This document shows positions 42,349 through 54,893 of a stretch of 64,000 bases of DNA, piece by piece (the stretch's first letter is position 1; each line of letters begins with the position of its first letter). The notes under the pieces were generated by a model. That model searched no databases and was not told where the DNA came from. It saw nothing but the letters and a program-made list of their open reading frames with translations. A program made the translations under genes and the position numbers. Origin of the DNA: Eledone cirrhosa (taxonomy: Eukaryota); the NCBI GenBank assembly GCA_964016885.1, contig OZ024741.1, forward strand, positions 30,876,001-30,940,000, given 5' to 3'.

Positions 42349-43312
42349 TAATAATAATAATAAAAAAATATATATATATTGTTATAAGGCTCAAATATTC
42401 AAATATTCAACTTTGTATTGTACATTGTATATTCAAAAAAGAAAATGGCTATAAATGGAAGAAGAAGAAGCCCCCCCCCCTTCCTCTGTCTACACTATAT
42501 AGAACAGCCAAACAACAGCAATCTCACCAACACCAGAAACTAGATACACCACCTACCCCATCACCTCTCTGTGTACACTAAACACAACACCCAGATAACG
42601 GCAACTTCACCACAACCAATCTCAACATAATAATGATAATAATAACTACTATTATTATTGTCCCAAGTTTTAACAAAATGTTTAATTCCAACATTAAGGG
42701 AATTTATGTCAACACATGTACGCGACTAGCCCCATAGATTCACCGAACGGACATCAGTAACGACAACGCCATCACTACAGCCACCGCCGCCGCCGCCCAT
42801 CCATCATTACTACCACTATCCCATCACCGTCGCCACCACTCCTTCATTGCTACCACCGCTACAACACCATCACTACAGTAATACGATCACATCACCACCA
42901 CCACTGCCTCAGTATCGAAATCACCACCACCACTGCCTCAGTATCGCTACCGCCGCTATTCTCTCCCATTGCTTCCTGCTAGTTGCTGCTAGCACAGCAC
43001 CGTTACCACATTATAAAATTCCTACTAAAAAGGAGGAAAGCATCAAAATATATAGATAGACTCAAAAGAAAAAAACAAAAATCAAAACCAAAGCAGCACA
43101 GCAACAACAACAACAAAAACAAACAGAGAAAAACAAAAACAAAAAAACGTAAAGAAAATAAGAATGAAGAGATAAACAAGCGGACGGACAGAGAAGAGAA
43201 GGGAAAAACTAAGTCAGACATTCGAACACTACATTACAATGAAACTTATGCTTATTCTTTTGGGGGATTTTTCTGCCTGTTTGTTTGTTTGTTTATTTGT
43301 GTTCGTCTACAG

Positions 43313-46300
43313 CGTGGTGATAGTGCCACACAAGAGCCAAGTGGAGCGACGCAACCACCGGAGACGGTGAATCCACAGATGGTTATGTAACCATACATTC
43401 GCCAATCCTCGATAAGAGTGTTTAAATATCGAACCTAAACAGTTCGAATAACGGTGAAATGGAGACTAGAACGTCATGTGACAGACTCTCACCCAACAGC
43501 TGCTCCCTGGCTCAGCAGCAGGGACCTGGCTGTCAACCAAATACTGCTGGTGTCGGAGGAAGAAGTAGAAGGAAAGGGACCAGAACCAACTGGACGAAAG
43601 AATTGAATAGAACTGTTATGCAATGTTACCTGAAAAGTAACCCCAAGGAGAGGGGCTATAGGAGACGGATGCATAACATCTGCAACGAGATTGGTCTATT
43701 TAAATTAGATGAACAAAAATTGGCCGGGCATGCTCGGGTAATAAGAACTAATGGGTGGATAAGCTAGCTGGAACTGGAGGAACTGAGCAGAGAGATTAGC
43801 TTGGAGATGGAGGGTGGAGTATGCCAGGCAAACGAGCCAGTGGGAAATGAAGGTGAAGAGGTCGAGAGAACGGAGGAACCACCCGAAGCAGACAATGATG
43901 TGAATACTGAGATAAATAATACCTGGAACAGAGATACGGCCACTGAGGAGATAAATGCTGACGGGCTAGGACAAGATTCGGTTGACATCCTAAATTTAGT
44001 GGTAGATTAATTGAACAATGATAGTGGGAGACCTATGAACCTAAGATTTGTAGACAGGAAAAAGTTAAAAGAAATAACAGCTAAGATAAACAAAGTCATC
44101 CCATACCTTGAGGCAAGGAGTCTTCACCAGTGCAACAATATCCTCAAAGCAACAGCAAATACGGTGAGGAAACTACTGGGTATAAAAGCGAGAGGCAACA
44201 ACAGACAAGAAAGAGCAGAGCCTTGGTGGAAGAAACGACTGAGTGGTCAAATCAGGGAAATGAGAAATGACATTGGAAAGCTTGAGTCACTACTGAATGG
44301 GACACTAAAAAACAAAGACACTAAAAATAGACTGGAAATAAAGTACAAAACTACGAGGAAAAAGCTAAATATTATCATAGAGGAACTGAAGCAACGCATT
44401 GTAGCAAAGAGTGCAAAAATCAGGCGATACGAGAACAGAGTCAGTCAGTATAAACAGAACCGCATGTTCGACAACAACCAGAAGATGCTGTTTGGACAGC
44501 TTGAGGGGAAAGAAAGAGGCAACGACTTGATCCCTGAGGCGGAACAAACTAAAACATTCTGGAGAGTAATATGGGAGCAGGATGTTAGACATAATGACCA
44601 GGCAGTGTGGATTGAGACAGTACAGAGGGAGATCGGTGAGCAGGCACACCAACAAACTGATTTGAGTATCACAGTTGAAACTCTTAAGGGGCAGGCCAAA
44701 ACACTAACCAACTGGAAATCACCAGGCCCAGATGGTGTGCAGGGGTATTGGATTAAAAATATAACATCCCTCAACCCGAAACTGACAACCATGTTCAATG
44801 ACTGCTTGATGTCATGTGAGGTACCAGAGTGGTTGACAAAAGGTACCACAGTTCTGATAATGAAAGACCGAATCAAGGGTAATGATGTTACCAACTATAG
44901 ACCTATCACATGTCTGTCCGTAATGTGGAAACTGTTGACGAGCATTGTGTCTGAGGAAATCTACCATCACCTGCACACAAACAACTTGTTACCGGACGAA
45001 CAGAAAGGATGCCGAAAGAAGTCACGTGGTACAAAGGACCAGTTACTTATTGATAAGATGGTAATGGGGAATTGCAGGAGGAGACACACTGATCTTGCCA
45101 TGGGATGGATAGACTACAGAAAGGCATTTGACATGGTGCCTCATTCTTGGATCACCAAAAGCCTGGAGATCTTCAAGGTGGCAGATAACATCAGACAGTT
45201 GTTGGGCAAGAGTATGAGGTCCTGGGAAACAGAGTTGACATCAACTGGAGAATCCTTGGGAAGCGTGAAGATCAAGAGAGGTATCTTCCAGGGAGATAGC
45301 CTGTCCCCTCTGTTGTTTGTCCTTGCCCTGATGCCCCTGACCAGTGTACTGCGAAAAGTGAGAGCAGGATACAGGTTGAGAAAGGGAGGCCTTACCATCA
45401 ATCACCTCCTCTTCATGGACGATCTTAAGCTCTTCGAGAAGAGTGAGAAGGAGTTGGATGTGCTTGTTGACACTGTCCGTATTTTCAGCAGTGATATATG
45501 TATGCAGTTTGGTATTAGTAAGTGTGGAGTCATTGTGATGAGGAGGGGTAGGTTGAGCAGAAGTAACGGAATCCAGATACCAACAGGTGAGATGATAAAG
45601 GAAATTGACTCTGAGGAAGGATACAAGTATTTGGGCGTTCTGGAGGCTGATGGCATAAAGAAAAAAAATGAAGGAATTGTTAAGAACTGAATAGATTCGG
45701 AGAGTAAGGAGCGTATTGAAGTCACATCTGAACAGCAGAAATGCCATAAGCGCAGTAAATTCCCGAGCTGTGTCTATTATTAGGTACAGTGCGAGAATTC
45801 TGAGATGGAATGTTGCTGAACAAAAAGAAATGGATAGGATGACTAGGAAGCTATTGACTATCTACAACATGTTCCACAAGAGGATTGATGTCGATAGACT
45901 CTACTTAAGGAGATCTGAGAGTGGAAGAGGTCTTATCAGCATAGAGGACTGTGTTCAGATGGAGAAAAACAACCTACACAAATACGTGACTGATAGTAAG
46001 GAGCCAATGCTCAGAACTGTACTGAAGGAGGGGACAATAGGCCAGGGGATGTCCAAGGAGGAAATAACATCAAGGAGAAAAAACAGCCTTCAGGAAAAAT
46101 CCCTTCATAATACCTTCTTTGAGAAAACTGTATTTAGAGATCCACAGACATGGAACTGGTTGAGAAGAGGAGACCTTAAAAAGGCTACAGAAGGAACGTT
46201 AATGGCTGCGCAGGAGCAGGCCCTCAAAACGAAGTGGTTGAAACACCATATTTACAAGGAGGAGGCTAGCCCACTGTGCAGGATCTGTGGAGAGAGAGAG

Positions 46301-46923
46301 GAGAATGTGGCTCACATTGTATCCGAGTGTAAACCCCTAGCCCAGACCCACTATAAGGGCTGGAGAATTGATGTGATGGGCAGGGTGATCCACTGGCACC
46401 TGTGCAAAGTAAACAATTTACCACATTCTGAGAAATGGTATGAGCATAAGCCAGGGGCGGTGATGGAGAACGATCAGGTGAAGGTGCTGTGGGATTTTAG
46501 GATACAGACGGACAAGAAACTGGAACACAATAGACCTGACCTGGTGGTTGTGGACAAAGAAAAAAGATCATGTCTGATTGTGGATGTGGCCTGCCCATTC
46601 GACACGAGAGTGCAAGAGAAGGAGAGGGAGAAAATTAACCGATACCAGGACTTAAAGTGGGAGGTAAAAAGGATTTGGAACTGCCATGAAGTCAAAGTGA
46701 TCCCGATTGCCATAGGCGCACTGGGGACTATCTCCAAAAGTTTCCAGGGATGGTTAAAGAAAATCGGCCCCTTCACGCTTTTTGGAATGCTTCAAAAGGC
46801 ATGCTTGCTGGGAACAGCAAGAACCCTCCGATACGTCCTGAATATCTGAGTCTGCAGGTAGTGGCTTGATATTCATTCCAACGGACTTTCCAGTTAATAT
46901 AAAATCAATGACTGAGATTCAAG

Positions 46924-46924
<1 letters not shown>
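43313..46924 (+). mobile_element. R4/Dong family A copy 3, near full length (5' boundary uncertain)
   Basis: Single ORF 43459-46849 broken by TAG 43765, TAA 44008, a frameshift in the A-run near 45660 and a TAG near 45692. N-terminal WTKELN..MQCY motif, PWWKKRL, RT, CCHC and RLE. Ends in (AAT)n. Confidence 0.92.
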
Positions 46925-47012
<88 letters not shown>

Positions 47013-47255
47013 TTTTCTTTATTAACCACAAGGGTTTACATAAAGTAGACATTAAGGACAGTACAGGACAATACAGGACGGTACAAATGGGCATTTCTGC
47101 GTGTAAAAAAAACGGAGGTTGAAATAAAATAACAAAGAAAAATTCCCCAATAGGGGGGAGACTTCCGAGGGACATTTGTGGAGAAAGCCCATTAAAAGAC
47201 CACAGTGGCCCTGACCACCAGGGCAAGTGCCCTCTCCCAGTTTTCCACCTTTAAT

Positions 47256-50200
47256 TTACAGACACATACTCAGAGAAGGCCCATTCATTCGGGCCATACT
47301 TGCTTCTCTCACCCATCTTTCAACAAAATGCTGGGAAGAGAGCACTTCCCTCTCTACCCTGATTTTCCTTTTCAAATGAAATTTGAAAAAGTTAATCAGG
47401 GCATCACCGAAGAGGTAAGTGCTCGTCTTCAGCCCTTTCAAACGTGTCCACCATACTATCTCTTTCGCCATGGCCACCAGACAGATAAAAACTGCCTGCC
47501 CTTCCCGGCTAAAGGAAGGAGCGGGGCAATCCTCACGATGGACTCAGCTGATAGCTGGATCCGTCCTACACGTGACAGCAGGTGTTCGACATAAACCCAC
47601 AAGTCAGCAATGCTCGGACACTGGACGAGTGCGTGCAGGACGGTTTCGTCGCCCTGCGCGCATCTCGGACACGCCCGGCTGACGGCACCTCCATGCTTGT
47701 AGAGTTTATCCCGAACTGGCAAAGCTCCTCGGTAGCACTGCCAGGCCAGGGATTTCTGGAAGTTGTCCATAGGCCCCGGCCCGAGAGTCCTTCCGAAGAG
47801 ATTGGCTAGTTGATTTTCGTCGACGCCTAGAGTTTCTCCAAGTACGTCGTCGCTCTTCCCCTCCACTAATCCCCTATAGAACGCCAAGGTGGAGTTTCCA
47901 CCGATCACATTGCCCGATTGGTCGAGGGCTGTGAGCGCCTGAAGACATTCCAGTCTCCAAGCGCTCCCTCTCGGTCTTCGCTTGACCCAGGACTGCAGCT
48001 CCGTCAAGGAGACGAGCTGGGGAAAGACGCGTCTAGCAAACGGGGACCACACCTGATCACCGTCGAGGAAGAGGTGGAGATGTCGTAGCCTGAGCGCGTG
48101 TCTGCGCATCATCAGCCACGGCATGCCCAGCCCTCCACGTAGCGGGTGTTGACAGCAGATGGACCGCCTGACCATCGGAGCGCGTCCCTTCCACAAGAAG
48201 CGAAAGAGCAAACGCTACAGCGCAGTCAGGCAGGGCTTAGGACAAGGTACGACGTTCAGGCGGTAGTAGATGACGGATGCGATGTACGCATTCGCCACCT
48301 CCGCTCGACCTTTCAGGGATAGCTTCCTCTCGGCCCATTTCTGGGTGAGAGAAGCCACCCTGCTCGTCACCTCGTCCCAGTTTTTGTCCGTCTGGAGGTC
48401 TGGACCGAACCAGACCCCTAGCAATTTAACCGGTCCGTCCGTCCAGCGCCCGACGACGCTGTTGGACGGCATGGACCTGCCTCTCCAGGTGCCGAGCTGC
48501 AGGCCCACTGACTTTTCCTGGTTGATCATTGCACCTGTCACCGCTTCGTATTCTCTTAGTGTAGTGCCGATCGCCTCGATGTGTTTGGCGTTCAACACCA
48601 CTACGGTAACATCGTTGGCATATGCTGACACGGATCTTCCGCATCCTAGTTCGCGCGGAACCCCCCTCAACGTCTCCAGTTTGTGCAGTAATGGCTCGAG
48701 AGTCAATACGTACAATAGGGACGAGAGGGGACATCCTTGGCGGACCGAACGCATGATGTTGAACGGTTCCGAAAGGTGACCGTTCACTCTCACTACAGAG
48801 CAGATGTCGCTGTGCATGGCAGCGATCCAGCCTCTGAAGACGGGCCCAAAGCCAGCCGCCCTCAGGACTGCCGCTAGGTAACGATGGTCGACCCTATCGA
48901 AGGCTTTCGACTGATCTAAATTGATCAAAGACCCACCCATGCCAGGTTCCCTAGCTACCCTCTCTACGATGTATCGCATGAGGTGGAGGTTGTCGTGGAT
49001 GGATCTGTCGGGAATGGCGCATGTCTGTGCCTCTCCCACCAGACCACCAACGACAAGCGCCAACCTCTTTGCTAGCACCTTGGCCAAAATCTTGAACTCT
49101 GTGTTTTACAGAGTTATGGGCCTAAAATTATCTATGTTATCCCCCTTGTTCGGATCCTTTCTCAGCAGCGCCACCGCTCCTCGGCTCACAGAGCTGGGAA
49201 TTCTCCCGTTCTGTTGCCAGTTGCAGTAGACGTCCACCAAGAGGCCTCCGAACAAGTTTGGCATTTGTACGTAATGTTCATAGGGCAGACCATCCAAACC
49301 AGGCGATTTACCCCTTGTGCAACTAGTCATTGCATCCCGTACTTCAGCGGTTGTTATCGGCTTTTCGCAACACTCCGCCTCAGTGGCCGAAAGCCGCGGC
49401 AGTCCGTCGAGGTAGACACTAAAGTCCATCCCTCGATCCGGCCCGCCACTGCCCCCGAACAGTTGAGCGAAGTGTCGCTAAAAAGCTTCACACATTTGCC
49501 CGGGATCGAGTAGCATGCGCCCGTCGTGGTCCACCAAAGACCGGATCGTGTCTTTGTTGCCACAACGCGCCTCCGCCACTCGGGCCCATTGAACGGCTTT
49601 CGTCCCCTCGTGTCTGAGAGCACGCACCCTGGCTCTGACAACGCAGCCTTCGTGCTTTGCATTGAAGAATTGGTCAAGGGCCAATTTCGCCGCAAGTACG
49701 TCGGTCGCGATGCCTTTGCTAAGCGCCTCATCTAATTTTCTAACTAATTCTCCCTCTGCTCTATTTTTCTCTATTGCTAAGGTCTTACTAAACCTAATGG
49801 ACTCTATTCTGATTGCTCTTTTCAGAGCAAACCACCACTTGTTGTTGACGATGGCCCCCGTCAACGCCCGCTTAACTAGTTCGCTAATCCGGTCTCTGTA
49901 GGCCTTGCGCGCTGGTAAGGACGCGTTTAGCTTCCAGTAGCCGGGTCCTCGTCTATGAAGCCTATCTAAGTCAAGCACACAGATCACGAATTTGTGGTCC
50001 GTGTAGCTGACTATCTTGAATTGTGGACAGCCTATGCTAGACCTCTCTATTTCCCTACAAAATACTCTATCTAGATATGATCTGGATGACTCTATGCGAT
50101 TTGTCCAAGTCCACATTGGTACATTCGGGAAATCCATTCGGTACCTGTCAGACAGTTCAAAACGTCTGAGCAGGTTGGTGAGACTCTTGCACCCTCCTTC

Positions 50201-50674
50201 CCTATCCACTAATCCCACACAATCCCAGCGTGCATCTAAGATCCCGTTCCAGTCGCCCACTAACACTAAAGAGCGGGACGTTCCAAGAAAGGTCTCCAGA
50301 CGCCGGAAGAAATCAGGCCGCCCTGCTCCTGTCGGGGCATAGACGGCCACTAACCTGAAAGCTTTCCCGTCTCCGCTGGTCACGTCCAGCACCACCAACT
50401 TACCTTCTGGGTCCAGGAAGATGGCCCGTATGGCAAGATCCAAACCTCTCCGAAAAAGCACAGCAACTCCTCCCCCCGATCCCGGACGGCTGGGAGATGC
50501 GTACACATCGTAGCCGCCGAAGATCGGTGCGAAAGCCTGTGCTTCGGAGATTCTGGTCTCGCTGATGGCCACTACATCTATGTTTAGTGACCTGAGGTCG
50601 TTGAGCAGGTAGCCCTGCTTCCATGACGACCCCAAGCCACGCGCATTTATGCTGCCTATTCTGAGTGAGGTCAT
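47256..50674 (-). pseudogene. Tx1-type ORF2: AP endonuclease + RT + C-terminal zinc finger
   Basis: SINARGL, ISET, VYAP, GDWN, YLDR, TDH, WKLN, KSPGLDGLP, NFRPITL, DQSKAFDRV, VRQGCPLS, YAND (YADD mutated) and CPRC..ETVLHALVQC. Stops at 49478, 49106 and 48215. Confidence 0.92.
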
Positions 50675-50708
50675 GTTGAAAAGGAGTGGAAAAGATGGGA
50701 AAGACCAC

Positions 50709-52875
50709 TTACCTTACTTCTCGTAGGGGAAGGACGGTTTTTACATCCTTTTCACTGCTTGTGGCCTCCTCAGGAAGGATGTCCTTATAAATCCTCCTGG
50801 AGAGTGCTTGTCGGAAGTCTCCGATGTCTTTGGGGAATTTTTGTTTTAGTGTCATGTACGTTTTCTGTGTGATGCGAGTGATTTGTATGTGTGGAGGTGG
50901 TGTGAATTTTGGGGTTGTTGTGTAGTCTTTTTCTGTGATGCTGGTGTTGTGTTGGATGTAGTGTAATAATTGCTTGTTGTTCAAATTTAATTGTTTCTAC
51001 TTTTGGCACAAGGCCAGCAAATTACCCAGAGCATTACTGGTACTTTATTTTATCGACCCCGTAAGGATGAAAGGCAAAGTTAACCTCGGCGGGATTTGAA
51101 CTCAGAATGGCAAGGGCCGTAACTCTATACATCAAAGCATGGCATCCGACCCTCTACCGATACTGCCAATCCACCGCTTGTTGTTCAAATTTAATGCTGT
51201 GTAGTGTGTATCGTTTTGGTTGTTTTGTTTTGTTTGCGTTTGTTGTGGGTTTGTTTCTGTTTCGCATTTTGGTGACTTTTGTGGTGTAGGTGATGGTGGT
51301 GTTGGGGTTAATGATGGTGATGGTGTTGGTGTTTGGGTTGATGGGGTTGGTGATGCTGGTGTGGATGGTGGCATATCTGTCCTAACTTTTTTGTTTCTTA
51401 ATTTATTTGTTTCCCTCTGTGTTTTGTTTTTGGAGGGGGAAGGAAGAGAATTTTTTCTTTTTTGGTTTCTTTTTTTTTTCCGGATATCGTTTCCCACTCC
51501 TCGTCGTCACAATCTGTCTCCAGTTGTGATAGGCCGGGGAGTGGAAAATCCTCCACATCCGTTAGTTTTGGTTGTGGCGTGGTGGATGGTGTAGGCGCTG
51601 GTGCTAGTTCTGAAGCGTTGGGTGGTGGTGGTGTTGGTTTTGCTGGTGGTGGTGGTGGTGTTGGTTTTGCTACTGTTGCTGGGGTTGTTGCTGTTATAGT
51701 TGCTTCTGTTGTTGCTGCTACAGTTGTTGCTGCCATCTCTGCTACTGGTGGTGTTGATGGTTGTGTTACTGGGGTGGGTAGGAGAGGTGGCCTCAACCTT
51801 TTAGCCTGAGGGCAGAAAGCCCTTAGGTGGGTTCCTTCACCACAAACGACACACCTAGGTCTTCTGCCCTCGACAATCACCGTGAGGTGGCTGCCGTCAG
51901 TGAGGTCTATTACCTCTGGGATCTCCTCAATGCTTTTTTGGTCCGCTTGGATCAGGAGCTCCATCCCAGATTCGGACCAGTTTTCCTGCTTTTCTTTTGC
52001 TATTGCTATTATTTTCGTGTTGGCTTCGATGCCGGCGAGGACGGCCGCTATTAGCCAGGGAATTTCGATGGCCGGTGGAACGTGGGTCACCCTGATCTTT
52101 ACGAGTCTCTGGCCACAATAGCTTGGGACGAGTATGAAGTCGTCACTTCTTAATGGGGCCATGGAGTGTTCTCTAGCCTCCTCTGGTGTATCAAAGAACA
52201 CGTCCACGGTTCCATACTTTTGCCCACGTCTGATGTGGGTTTTTCTTGCCCACACATGTCCCAAAGCTTTTTGGATTTGGGACTCGGATGCCCGTTTCAC
52301 TCGGCGCGATTTTACATTTATTGTTCTATACGACACGGTGCATAGGCGCCGATGCTCCATTTTATTAGGTGGGGGGTGAGGCTGACCCTGTACCCATCTA
52401 TCTTTACCATTTGTTTGGCATTTTCTAAATCCTCCTGAGTTACCGTAAATGCTTCGAACTGTTTTGCTACTCTGGCGAAACTGAGGGGGGGGGGGGTTAT
52501 AATGTCATTGTTGTTGTTGTTGCTATCGTTAATATTAATTTTAGTTTCAGTTGTGGTGGTGGTAACGTCAGTCGTCTTTGGTGGGGAAGAGTCCATTTTG
52601 CTTGATTTCATTTCGACATCACGAGTTAATTTATTTTTTTCTTCTTTTGTTTCTGTTGTCGCGGTGGTGGTGGTGGTGGTGGAGGCTTTAACACATGCAG
52701 TCATTGGTAATGGCGGGAAATGAATGTCTGCCTGAGACAAATTTAAAATATTGCTAGTGCTTATATTTTTTTTTGTGTTGGCAAACGTAGTAACATTTAC
52801 AATGGTGGTGTCGGTGTGAGGTGTTAATTTGTGAGGAAGGCTTTCAGCTGCTTCGTGCACAGGTGAATTAGCCAT
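50709..52875 (-). pseudogene. Tx1-type ORF1 (gag-like CCHC knuckle, Pro/Thr-rich), frameshifted and SINE-interrupted
   Basis: ATG at 52875, SFARVAK, and CVVCGEGTHLRAFC (CX2CX4HX4C). Frameshifts near 52370 and 51475. Stop at 50709. Confidence 0.75.
50992..51175 (-). mobile_element. tRNA-derived SINE with 20-bp TSD inside Tx1 ORF1
   Basis: Exact TSD gcttgttgttcaaatttaat at 50972-50991 and 51176-51195. Confidence 0.93.
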
Positions 52876-53081
52876 TCTTTCAAAGAAATTTTTTGATAAT
52901 AATAAAAGTTTAAATTTGGGGCACAAAGCCCCAATCTTTTCGGGTGTCCTTTTCGGAAAACAATGTATGTGCGCTTATAAACAGTTAACACTAAAATTTT
53001 CCATAAATGACAATTTTTAACAAACGGAAATAACAAACCTTTGCGGAGCTCACGATGATACGATTTACTACGTAGGTCGCC

Positions 53082-53145
<64 letters not shown>

Positions 53146-53148
<3 letters not shown>

Positions 53149-54833
53149 GATGACCTGAAACTATATGCAAAAAATGATGAACAATTGCAAGGGCTATTAT
53201 CCACTGTGAAGCAGTTCAGTGATGACATTAAAATGGAGTTTGGACTGGATAAATGCGCCAACGCAACGTTCACCAGAGGAAAGCTGCTGAAGAGTTCAGA
53301 CATTAATCTTGATCGGGGGAACGTGATAAGAGAGCTTGATCAAGAAAAAACTTACAAATATCTAGGTGTTTGTGAAGGAGACGGAATCAAGCACTCGACA
53401 ATGAGGGAAAGGATAAGGAAGGAATGTTACCGCAGAGTCAGAGCAATCTTTAGAACGGAATTGAATGCAAGGAATAGGATCGATGCCATAAACACGCTTG
53501 CCATACCAGTAGTAACCTACAGTTACAATGTCATCAACTGGTCAAGCACAGAGATCCGTAGGCTCGATACAAAAATCCGAAAATTCTTAACCATGCACAG
53601 AATGCATCACCCTAAGGCAGACATAGATAGAATATATCTCCCTAGGAAAGAAGGAGGACGTGGGTTAATCCAGTTAGACATTGCGTTGAAAATTGCAACA
53701 ATTGGATTATCCACATATCTCAGGGAATCACATGATTGGATGATCAATCTCGTTTTGAAACACGAAAGCACCAAAAGATCATATTACATTACAAAAGATG
53801 CACAAAGATACAGTAATGGACTACAAATTTCAGAAGTCCCATTTACTGCTGAAATGGAAAACACAGAAAAAGCAAAGCAGGTAAAAGTAACTGCAAAGAA
53901 AGAACTGCTACAGCAACTGGCTAAGAAATGGCAAGAAAAGCCTCTGTATGGAAAATACCCAGAGCGAGCTAACAATCCTGATGTTGACAAAACTTTAACC
54001 CATCAGTGGTTGGCATCCTCTGGACTGAAATCGGAGACTGAAGGACTGATTATATCGGCACAAGATCAGTGTCTGCCAACAAAAAATTACCAAGCCAACA
54101 TAATAAAAAATGGGTGCAGCCCATTATGCCGTGTATGCAAAAAACAACCAGAGACCATTGACCATATAATTTCAATGTGCAGTCCTATAGCTCCAACCGA
54201 ATACCTAAACAGGCATGACAGAGCTGCACAATACATACATTGGATAATGTGTAAGCATTTTGACCTGCCCCATCAAAATATTTGGTGGGAGCATCAACCA
54301 CCTCCCATACTTGAAAAAGATCACATCTCAATCTTGTGGAACTTTAACATCCAAACAGACCGAAAAATAGATGCAAATAGACCTGATATAATATTGAAGG
54401 ACTTTCAAAGGAGGGTATGCCTGCTAATTGATATGTCTGTTCCAATAGACAAGAATGTATCTATAAAAACATTTGAAAAATTGAGCAAGTATAAGGACCT
54501 GGAGATAGAAATTGGAAAAATGTGGAAATTGAGAACTAAAACAATACCAGTGGTTGTAGGCGCTCTGGGAATGATACCTAAGGGGTCTAACGACTACTTA
54601 TCGCAAATCCCAGGAAACCCGCGTATAGGAGAAATACAAAAGATAGTACTAATGGGAACTGCCCATATACTAAGGAAGATCCTGTCAATATAAGTACATC
54701 ACAAGTCTAAACAATAAGGATGCATGTGTGAATATGTATGTTCTTTCTTGAACATGGCGGACCTTGTTGTCTCTTGAGGTCACTGGTTGTGACTTGCTGA
54801 TAACTCGTATAAACATAAAGCAAGATAAATGCA
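53146..54833 (+). mobile_element. R4/Dong family B copy 2, 5'-truncated, with an uninterrupted 515-aa remnant ORF
   Basis: Starts at the M of YMDD. Near-identical to 57525-59212. (TAA)n on both sides. Confidence 0.93.

Positions 54834-54893
<60 letters not shown>

Larger units (their letters stand above)
47012..53081 (-). mobile_element. Full-length L1/Tx1-type non-LTR retrotransposon (ORF1 + APE-RT ORF2), decayed
   Basis: 5' end GGCGACC at 53081. 3' end AATAAAgaaaac runs directly into (ATT)n. Two ORFs. Pure TAA tracts on both sides. Confidence 0.92.
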
